The notes below the pieces were generated by a model. It made no database searches. It saw nothing but the letters and a program-made list of their open reading frames with translations, and had not been told where the DNA came from. The position numbers were made by a program, and so were the translations under genes. A stretch of DNA of 14,384 nucleotides from Candidatus Methylomirabilales bacterium (GTDB lineage Bacteria; Methylomirabilota; Methylomirabilia; Methylomirabilales; CSP1-5). Numbering within the stretch: the stretch's first letter is position 1; each line of letters begins with the position of its first letter. This document shows, piece by piece, positions 7,604 through 14,384 of the stretch. The stretch covers positions 1 through 14,384 of the forward strand of contig JBHIAH010000065.1 of NCBI GenBank assembly GCA_046758505.1, in the 5' to 3' direction.

Positions 7604-7632
7604 TTGACCGCTCGCCCTTCGGATGGTAGGCT
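7604..7632 (+). promoter_or_regulatory. Putative sigma70 promoter with extended -10
   Basis: TTGACC (7604-7609), 17 nt, TGg-TAGGCT (-10 at 7627-7632). Confidence 0.65.
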
Positions 7633-7720
7633 CAACTCAGGTGGGTTGAGCGCGCCTTCGGACCCCGACGCATCCACCACAACGTGGCCCGACTGCTTCA
7701 GGCGCATGGGGGGGCATGCG

Positions 7721-7867
7721 GTGTCTCCTGGTCAATCGAGGGGAGTCAATCCCCGGGGGAAACCGGTCAGGCTGAAACCGCCGGGCCTGCGGGCGAAGGA
7801 CCGGCGGTCGATCCTGAAAGGCGTTCCGAAGCTCCGCAAGATCAAGCCGGCCAAACATGGACGGTGA
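7721..7867 (+). CDS. Small highly basic hypothetical protein, about 48 aa
   Basis: Downstream of the predicted promoter; G-run before GTG 7721 (alternative ATG 7706); mostly G/C third codon positions; stop TGA overlaps the SD (GAGGAG) of the next gene. Confidence 0.5.
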   Translation: MSPGQSRGVNPRGKPVRLKPPGLRAKDRRSILKGVPKLRKIKPAKHGR

Positions 7868-7876
7868 GGAGCGCGC

Positions 7877-8107
7877 ATGGTCCGGGCATATATTTTCATC
7901 GAGGCGGCAAAGGCACGGGATCTGAAGGTGGCGGAAGAGATCGCGACGCTGCCCGGCGTGAAGCGGGCCGATGTGGTCACGGGACGATTTGATGTCATCG
8001 CCATGGTCGAGGTGGAAGAGCTCGGAGTTCTCTGGGACACGGTCGACAAGATCCAGGCCCTGCCCGCAGTCGTCAAGACCACCACCAACGTGGTTGTCCA
8101 GCGGTGA
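7877..8107 (+). CDS. Stand-alone Lrp/AsnC ligand-binding (RAM) domain protein
   Basis: MVRAYIFIE...LPGVKRADVVTGRFDVIAMVE...IQALPAVVKTTTNVV; 76 aa, no HTH; SD GAGGAG. Confidence 0.9.
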   Translation: MVRAYIFIEAAKARDLKVAEEIATLPGVKRADVVTGRFDVIAMVEVEELGVLWDTVDKIQALPAVVKTTTNVVVQR

Positions 8108-8267
8108 AGGAGTGTCTTCGAGTCGCGGATAACATCCTCCGGATCTCCGTTCGCGCGGATGGGGTCCGGGTGAAGGGGGTCGGCGTCTTGCGGGTGCCCG
8201 GGGCTATCCGGGCCGACCTCCTCCATGCCTCCCTCGATCAAGAGAGACGTGGCGAGAGCCGGGAGCC

Positions 8268-8783
8268 GTGAACGTCGCAGGGCGGAGACGCTCCCGACGG
8301 TGGGCCGTGCTCGGTGGGGCGCTGCTCCCGCTCGCGGTCTTGGTTCTTTTGCCCCTCCTCCTCACACGAGTGGATCGACACCTGGCCGTCATCCCCCTTG
8401 GTTTCTTCCGGTGGGTCGGCGTCGTCCCAATCTGCCTCGGGGCCGCTCTGGGGATCTGGTCGGCCGCCCTGTTGGTTACTCGGGGGGAGGGGACTCCGGC
8501 CCCCTGGGCCCCGCCCCACCGATTTGTCCTGGCCGGCCCCTATCGGGTCGTTCGTAACCCGATGATGCTGGGCGCCTTTACGGTTCTGTTCGGTGAAGCG
8601 ATGTTGGCCGCGTCACTCCTGCTTTTCCTCTATCTGGGCCTGGTGATCGGTGTCGCGGGGTGGTACGTCCTCGCCATTGAAGAGAAAGGACTGGAGAGGC
8701 GCTTTGGCGACGCCTACCTGGTGTACAAGGAGCGCGTCCCGCGGTGGCTCCCCCGCCTTTTCCGATCCCCCTATCCTCGATGA
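8268..8783 (+). CDS. Isoprenylcysteine carboxyl methyltransferase / PEMT family membrane methyltransferase
   Basis: GEGTPAPWAPP, GPYRVVRNPMMLG, EEKGLERRFGDAYLVYKERVPRWLP; multiple TM segments. Confidence 0.9.
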   Translation: MNVAGRRRSRRWAVLGGALLPLAVLVLLPLLLTRVDRHLAVIPLGFFRWVGVVPICLGAALGIWSAALLVTRGEGTPAPWAPPHRFVLAGPYRVVRNPMMLGAFTVLFGEAMLAASLLLFLYLGLVIGVAGWYVLAIEEKGLERRFGDAYLVYKERVPRWLPRLFRSPYPR

Positions 8784-8790
8784 GGGGACC

Positions 8791-9096
8791 ATGGCGATCG
8801 ATTACGGGCGAGGGGAGTTCGTGAAGCTGATGGCTGCGAGGGATGCGACGATCCGGCGCCTCGTAGACGAGGGATACGAGTTCGTCACCAACGTCTTCCG
8901 TCCCGGGGCCGCGCCGAAAGGGGTGCGGGCCAAGGATGCGCAGGCGCTCACGGCCCGGCTCCGGCGGGATGGATACCGGGTCGAGGGGGCGTCTGCGTAT
9001 GACGAGACCGGGGACCCCCTTGCTGCCATGATGTCCATCTGGCGGAAGCGAGGGTCGCCCTCGATCCCTCATCGGCGTTGCGGGCCTGTCGGGTGA
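8791..9096 (+). CDS. Hypothetical protein, 101 aa
   Basis: SD-like GAGGGG overlapping the upstream stop, ATG 8791, typical codon usage; no recognised family. Confidence 0.7.
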   Translation: MAIDYGRGEFVKLMAARDATIRRLVDEGYEFVTNVFRPGAAPKGVRAKDAQALTARLRRDGYRVEGASAYDETGDPLAAMMSIWRKRGSPSIPHRRCGPVG

Positions 9097-9244
9097 TCCC
9101 CCCAGGCGGTAGCCTACTTCATGTATGCCCCGGTCCCGCGCCTCTCCTCAGCGGAGACTCAGAAGCGCCCCGGACCATTCCATTTGTGGGGGGGGCCGAT
9201 CTGTGATACACGCTAATGAGGCGCGTGGAAGAGTCGGAGGGATG

Positions 9245-10681
9245 ATGGCTGACGAGAAAAGCGGAGAGATTCGGCGGACCAAGATCGTGTGCACCATCGG
9301 GCCGGCCAGCGAATCGGAAGAGGCCCTCGAACGCTTGATCCTCGCCGGGATGGATGTCGCCCGCCTGAACTTCGCCCATGGCACCCCCGAGGACCACGCC
9401 CGGGTGATTTCGCGACTCCGAGGCCTTGAGGCGAAGCTCGGCAAGCCGGTGGCGATCCTTCAAGACCTCCCCGGCCCCAAGATTCGTTTGGGGGATTTCG
9501 AAGGGGGGGCGGCGCTCCTGCGGACCGGGGCGGAATTTACCATCACCAGCCAGTCGGTCCTCGGGACCGCTGAGCGGGCCCATGCCCCGTCCCCCGACTT
9601 CTTCCGGGAGGCGCGGCCCGGGGATACGATCCTGGCCGATGACGGGCTGATTCAGCTGAAGGTGGTGGCGACCGACGGCCAGGACGTGCGCTGTCAGGTC
9701 GTGACGGGCGGCATCCTCCGAAGCCATAAAGGCATCGGTCTTCCCAGCGGGCGAGTGCACAAGGCCGCGCTGACCAAGAAAGACCTGGAGGATCTGGAGT
9801 TTGGCATCGCCCAGGGGGTGGACTACGTGGCCACCTCCTTTGTTCGGAACGCCTCCGATCTGATCGAGGTCAAAAACTTTCTGGGGGCCTGGGGGGCCAA
9901 GATCCCGATTATCGCCAAGCTGGAGAAACCGGAGGCCATTCGAAACCTCGAGGACATCCTTCGGACCGCGTCCGGGGTCATGGTGGCCCGCGGGGATCTG
10001 GCGCTGGAGATGTCCCTCGAGGAGGTCCCCGTCCTGCAGAAGTTCATTCTGCGCCAGGCCCGCCGGTACAAGGTCCCGGTGATCATCGCGACCCAGATGC
10101 TCGAATCCATGGTGGAACATCCGAGGCCGACGCGGGCGGAGGCGTCTGACGTCGCCAATGCCATTCTGGACGGGACCGATGCCGTGATGCTATCGGCGGA
10201 GACCGCGACCGGAAGCTACCCGGTCGAGGCGGTGGAGGTGATGACCCGAATTGCGCTCAAGGCGGAGCCGTACCTGCGCGTCCCTCCGTTGCCGCACGGG
10301 GATGAGCAGAACTTTCCGGTGGTGGCTAGCGATGCCGCGTGCCGGGCTGCCCGGAGTCTCCATGCCAAAGCCATCGTCGTCTTCACCGAGTCGGGTCACA
10401 CCGCCCAGCTGATCTCGCAGGACCGCCCCGAGGTTCCGGTCATCGCCCTCACCCCGTGGGAAGGGTCGCGGCGCCGGATGGCCCTCTACTGGGGGGTTGT
10501 CCCCCTCGTCATCCAGCGGCGGGAGAGTCTCGAAGAAATGTTCCAGGAGATGGAGGGACTCCTTCTCGCGGAGGGGCGCGTGGCTGCCGGCGATATCCTG
10601 GTCATTCTCTCCGGGGCGCCGATGTGGAAGCCCGGGACGGTCAATGCCATCAAGCTCCACCGGGTCGGTGAGATCCGCTGA
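9245..10681 (+). CDS. pyk: Pyruvate kinase
   Basis: RRTKIVCTIGPAS, ARLNFAHG, IIAKLEKPEA, VMVARGDLALE, ATQMLESM, PTRAEASDVANAILDGTDAVMLSAETA; SD GGAGG (9236-9240), start 9242 or 9245. Confidence 0.97.
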   Translation: MADEKSGEIRRTKIVCTIGPASESEEALERLILAGMDVARLNFAHGTPEDHARVISRLRGLEAKLGKPVAILQDLPGPKIRLGDFEGGAALLRTGAEFTITSQSVLGTAERAHAPSPDFFREARPGDTILADDGLIQLKVVATDGQDVRCQVVTGGILRSHKGIGLPSGRVHKAALTKKDLEDLEFGIAQGVDYVATSFVRNASDLIEVKNFLGAWGAKIPIIAKLEKPEAIRNLEDILRTASGVMVARGDLALEMSLEEVPVLQKFILRQARRYKVPVIIATQMLESMVEHPRPTRAEASDVANAILDGTDAVMLSAETATGSYPVEAVEVMTRIALKAEPYLRVPPLPHGDEQNFPVVASDAACRAARSLHAKAIVVFTESGHTAQLISQDRPEVPVIALTPWEGSRRRMALYWGVVPLVIQRRESLEEMFQEMEGLLLAEGRVAAGDILVILSGAPMWKPGTVNAIKLHRVGEIR

Positions 10682-10897
10682 TCGGCGACTGGCCCGCCGT
10701 TTCCAGCGCCTTCATTCCGTGGAATCGCCGACCCCCGATCATAAAGCTCCCCTCCGGCAGGATCCCCGCTTGAAAGGGATTACATGCACAGGTACCTTAC
10801 CGTGGCGGTTGCCTTGCGCCTGGGAGAGGGACCCTTTCTCGAATAGGAGGTGCTTCAGCGTCTGCGGGGGGGAACGGGTGCCGGGGGAAAGGCCGGA

Positions 10898-13054
10898 TCA
10901 CGCTCTCACTGACCCGATGCTTTGCGACGGCACAGTCGGGTCTTGCGGCTGTTGCGCTTCCTGGGCCATGACTTCCAAGAAGGCCGTAACCACCTTCGGG
11001 TCGAAATGCCGGCCGGCCCCTTGCGTGATAAACTCGATGACCTGCGCCCGGTCTTGCCCAGCTCGGTAGGGGCGGTCCGAGCTGAGGGCGTCGTAGACAT
11101 CGGCCACGGCGAAGATGCGACCACCCAGACTGATCTCTTCTCCGGCGAGGCCGTCGGGGTACCCCGTTCCGTCGAACCACTCGTGATGCTGCAACACGAC
11201 GGGAATGACGTCGGCGTACGCGGGGATGGGTTCCAGGATTCGTGCCCCCTTGCGGGGGTGCTCGCGCATCAGCGAGAGCTCTTCCTCCGTTAAACGCCCG
11301 GCCTTGTCGAGGATTACCGCCGGGACGCCGATCTTGCCGATGTCGTGAAGCAGGCCGCCTCGGTGCATGATGTCCAATTCGTTCTGGCCGAGGCCCAAGA
11401 CCCGACCGATCTTTAGGGCGAGTTCCGTCACCCGCTCGGAGTGACCAGCCGTCCAGGGCGATTTCGCGTCAATGGCCCGGGCCAGGGCGATGAGCGTGCC
11501 CCAGTTGAGTTTGTCCAGCTCCTCGATCAATCTGGCATTTTCGAGGGCCACGGCAACCTGGTCGGCCAGTTGTCTCGCCTGGACCCGATCATCCTGACTG
11601 TATTCCGGTGGTGTGAAGTGTCCGAGGGCGATAATTCCCGACAGCTTCTCCTTGAGGAAAATGGGCAGGAGCACAAAGGAGGTGATGCCGCGCCGGGCCA
11701 GAGGCGCAAGATAGTGCGGGGCCTCTTCGCCGACGGTGATGACCAACATGTCCGGATTGTCGCGGAGCGTTTGAACCTCTCTCGGTGTTAGCTCACTCAC
11801 TTCCACGACGGTTTCTTCCTCGGGGTTGCCGCCGACATACGTCTCCGCCGTGTTTGTACCGTTGGGATCCAGGAGGATCACGCCGAGCCCGTTGCAGGGC
11901 AACACGTCCCGCATACGGGTCAGCACCACCTCGATGATTTTTTGAGTGTCCAACGCCGAGAGAATGCCCCGGTCGATTTCGGCCATCGTGGCCAGGCTGT
12001 TGAACTGCCTCCCCAATCGGCTGGCCATCGTATTGAACGATCCGGCCAGTTCCTCGAACTCGTCGCCGCTCGTCACCGTCACCCGGCTTCCAAAATCCCT
12101 CATGGCGATCCGTCGCGTCACTTCCTGGAGCTTCTCGAGGGGGACCAGGCTCCTCCGGATTTGGCTGATGCTCAGGAAGAGGACGACCCACAGGGACATG
12201 AGGATGACCAGGGAAAAAATTGTCTTGAAATTGGCCATGGGGGCAAGTACATTGGCTTTCGATTCGCCTAGCACCACGGTCAACTTCGGGGCAAAAAATC
12301 TAAACTTGAGGGGGAGGGACCAGTAACTTGCCACATATTCCTTCTCCCCATGGGTCCATACGAATCGGCCCGAGGACGAGCGGGTCATTTCGAGCGCGAC
12401 CTGCCCCGGGAATGATATCGGGTCCGGGAGCGAGCAGACGAGCACGGTGTTTAAATGATCCAGAACGCACATCTCGGTCATGGGCGGTAAGGTGTTCTCC
12501 TCGCCGATCCCCCAGAGGTACGTGGGGTTGATTTCTCCCAGCAGGATTCCTCGCCTCGGCTGTTCTGGATCAAGCGCCATGCTCATATAAATGCGCGAGG
12601 GGAGATCGGGACGGGCCTGCGGTGACAAGAGGGTCTTGCCGCCACGGAGGTGCTGTTCCTCTGCTACGGTTCGCTGGGGCGGATGCTGAACATCACCGAA
12701 CAGGGGAATCCGTCTGTCGCCATCCCGGAGGAGGGCCAGGCCTGTAAAGCGCCCTGTCAAATCTCGGTTGAATCGTTCAGGGCGCGTCCTGAGGGGGGTG
12801 ATCGTCCTCGTGGGAAGGGTGGAGGCCAGTGTCCGCATCTCGGCTTCCAGCAGCAGGAGCCGCTCGTAAATGCCGAGTGCGGCGGCCTTGCTCGCCTGGT
12901 GGAGTCGCCTCCGGCTCTGCGCGTTGAGCTGGTCCGTCACCTGGCTGAATGAGATGATGGCCAACGCGGCGATGGGCAGGAGGGCGCAGACGACGAACAG
13001 GGTGAAGATGCGGCGCGCCACCTTGCTCCGGAGGAATGTCGTGTCAAGGTTCAT
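10898..13054 (-). CDS. Membrane-anchored HAMP-GAF-HD-GYP cyclic dinucleotide phosphodiesterase
   Basis: TM1 (IFTLFVVCALLPIAALAIISF), extracytoplasmic region, TM2 (IFSLVILMSLWVVLFLSI), HAMP (PLEKL...DEFEELAGSFNTMA), GAF (SFVLLPIF...LADQVAVALENARL), HD-GYP (TAGHSERV, LLHDIGKIG, HHEWFDGTGYPDGL, AVADVYDAL, RPYR, FDP). Confidence 0.93.
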   Translation of the reverse strand: MNLDTTFLRSKVARRIFTLFVVCALLPIAALAIISFSQVTDQLNAQSRRRLHQASKAAALGIYERLLLLEAEMRTLASTLPTRTITPLRTRPERFNRDLTGRFTGLALLRDGDRRIPLFGDVQHPPQRTVAEEQHLRGGKTLLSPQARPDLPSRIYMSMALDPEQPRRGILLGEINPTYLWGIGEENTLPPMTEMCVLDHLNTVLVCSLPDPISFPGQVALEMTRSSSGRFVWTHGEKEYVASYWSLPLKFRFFAPKLTVVLGESKANVLAPMANFKTIFSLVILMSLWVVLFLSISQIRRSLVPLEKLQEVTRRIAMRDFGSRVTVTSGDEFEELAGSFNTMASRLGRQFNSLATMAEIDRGILSALDTQKIIEVVLTRMRDVLPCNGLGVILLDPNGTNTAETYVGGNPEEETVVEVSELTPREVQTLRDNPDMLVITVGEEAPHYLAPLARRGITSFVLLPIFLKEKLSGIIALGHFTPPEYSQDDRVQARQLADQVAVALENARLIEELDKLNWGTLIALARAIDAKSPWTAGHSERVTELALKIGRVLGLGQNELDIMHRGGLLHDIGKIGVPAVILDKAGRLTEEELSLMREHPRKGARILEPIPAYADVIPVVLQHHEWFDGTGYPDGLAGEEISLGGRIFAVADVYDALSSDRPYRAGQDRAQVIEFITQGAGRHFDPKVVTAFLEVMAQEAQQPQDPTVPSQSIGSVRA

Positions 13055-13068
13055 GATCCCGCACCCGG

Positions 13069-13617
13069 TTAGAACTCCGATGCCAGGCCTATGAATCCCC
13101 CGTCCCCGGCCCGGACGATGTCATCCCAGCTCTCCTTGGCGTTGAGCGATTCCTTGCTCTGTCCGTCACTCCCCTTACTGTAGAGATCGTAGTCCGAATT
13201 GATGGGTTTCAAAAACCGGTCCTTCCGCGGCTTCTGGGTTCCCCCGGCCGTTCCTCCCCATTTGTTCGACTTCTTGGCGTTCGCGTAGTTCAGGTACTCG
13301 TAGGGATTCCCGTAGGGATCGCGCCAGTTTGCCCGCCCAACATCGGCCAGGGCGTCCGGCAGCTTTGCGTTGAACAACTGATAGACCGCGATCTCTCTCT
13401 CGAACGTGTGAATGTCGGCGATGGCCCGCGCAACCCTCGCCCTGTCAAGGGCGTTCGCGTACAGCGGTCCTCCAATCATGGTGAGCGTCCCGATCATCAG
13501 CATGACGATGAGCAGCTCGATCACCGTGAAGCCGCCGCACGGTGCGTTCCGTCCCACGCGGTGGGACCGTGCCGCCGCTCGCGCGCATTCCGGCATCGGT
13601 GTGTACCCCTGTGTCAT
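13069..13617 (-). CDS. Prepilin-type N-terminal cleavage/methylation protein (GspG/pseudopilin-like)
   Basis: Class III signal G|FTVIELLIVMLMIGTLTMIGGP (Phe+1 codon at 13530, Glu+5), DPYGNPYEY and YDLYSKGSDG...DDI motifs as in GspG C-termini; ATGA overlap with the upstream stop (alternative ATG 13596). Confidence 0.9.
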   Translation of the reverse strand: MTQGYTPMPECARAAARSHRVGRNAPCGGFTVIELLIVMLMIGTLTMIGGPLYANALDRARVARAIADIHTFEREIAVYQLFNAKLPDALADVGRANWRDPYGNPYEYLNYANAKKSNKWGGTAGGTQKPRKDRFLKPINSDYDLYSKGSDGQSKESLNAKESWDDIVRAGDGGFIGLASEF

Positions 13618-14297
13618 ATCTGTGAGGAGCGTGGCGGCGGTGCGGGGCCCCGCGAAGCGGCTGAAGGGCCACTATGGCGCGTGACCTCGTCCTGCCCGCC
13701 CGTTGCGTCGGTATCGATTCGGAATTGAGCGAGGGACGCCTTGAATCGTTCCATGTGCAGCCGAAGATTCTCGAGGTGGCGGCTCATATCCTCGATGGAT
13801 CCGCGCTCGATGGCGCTCTCGAATGCGTGCACCACCGCGCACAGGTCCTCATACGGTTCCTCGATGTGTTGGATCTTCGTCCGCAGGCGTGTGATCATTG
13901 CATTCAGGCTATCGGATTCTTTTCCCAGGTAATCCCGCTTGCGGAGGTTCGCCCGGACCGAGAGATCCCCTTCGCCCACCGCTCGGAAGATGTTCCGGAA
14001 CCGGTAGAGCGGGCCTGCAATTCTGTGCGAGACGACGATCGAGTGAAGGGCGAGCAGCGCAAAGATAACGAAGAGGGCCGGCCAGACTCGCGCGTGGAGC
14101 GACAGGAATTGGGTGGCGACCTCTCCCTGTTCCATGATAGAAAGGGTGCCGCTTTCGAGCTGGAGAATCAGGGGGAGAAAGAGCGTGGCCGCGAAGATCA
14201 GAACAATGGTCAGGGAATAGAGGAGGTTGATAACCAACAGGCGATATTGAAAGCGATCGATTAAAATCCGTCTTCGCTTGTACGGCCGCGTCGCCAT
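13614..14297 (-). CDS. Two-TM HAMP-domain membrane protein with a short C-terminal coiled coil
   Basis: Basic N-terminus (YKRRRILID), two hydrophobic helices, SHRIAGPLYRF...GDLSVRANLRKRD...LNAMI HAMP pattern; SD AGGAG upstream; no kinase, cyclase or full MCP signalling domain. Confidence 0.85.
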   Translation of the reverse strand: MATRPYKRRRILIDRFQYRLLVINLLYSLTIVLIFAATLFLPLILQLESGTLSIMEQGEVATQFLSLHARVWPALFVIFALLALHSIVVSHRIAGPLYRFRNIFRAVGEGDLSVRANLRKRDYLGKESDSLNAMITRLRTKIQHIEEPYEDLCAVVHAFESAIERGSIEDMSRHLENLRLHMERFKASLAQFRIDTDATGGQDEVTRHSGPSAASRGPAPPPRSSQI

Positions 14298-14384
14298 TTA
14301 GGGGCTCTCCTTGGTCCACACGATCTCTCTTTGATGTTTGAACCGTATCACCCCATTGGCATCGGGATCATGATAAAAAGAGAA

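Noticed and set aside
7640..7810. c-di-AMP (ydaO) or other riboswitch in the leader
   Set aside because: GC-rich hairpins are possible but I could not match the conserved ydaO elements and there is no terminator; a cmscan against Rfam would settle it
9119..10660. Minus-strand ORFs 9119-10120 and 10190-10660
   Set aside because: Antisense shadows of pyk
10682..10897. Bidirectional terminator or sRNA between pyk and the HD-GYP gene
   Set aside because: Only short imperfect hairpins without clear U-tracts
10898..13054. HD-GYP protein as the c-di-AMP hydrolase partner of the cyclase at 2305
   Set aside because: It has HD-GYP rather than PgpH- or DHH-type features, lies about 8 kb away on the other strand, and nothing in the sequence links them
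14311..14384. Promoter for the HAMP-pilin-HD-GYP operon (minus-strand TGa-TACGGT)
   Set aside because: Possible extended -10 but no convincing -35 or sigma54 motif, and the region is cut by the window edge

Overview
GC-rich bacterial chromosomal window, mostly housekeeping and small accessory genes. Left to right: a short AT-rich repeat at the window edge; uvrC; a DacZ/CdaZ-type diadenylate cyclase; ridA coupled to ogt; a minus-strand IPT/TIG + beta-propeller protein; a probable 44-aa ORF; a 2x[4Fe-4S] ferredoxin divergent from a DUF971 gene and a COG2426 membrane protein; an all-helical hypothetical protein; a promoter driving a very basic 48-aa ORF and a stand-alone Lrp/AsnC ligand-binding domain; an ICMT/PEMT-family methyltransferase; a hypothetical protein; and pyruvate kinase. 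The window ends with a convergent minus-strand three-gene operon: a 2-TM HAMP protein, a pseudopilin-like prepilin with no assembly genes nearby, and a membrane HAMP-GAF-HD-GYP phosphodiesterase. That operon is the best candidate for an under-described signalling system. Several sigma70-type promoters are readable by eye, and two suggest leaderless mRNAs (uvrC, dacZ). All family calls come from motif recognition; no searches were run.
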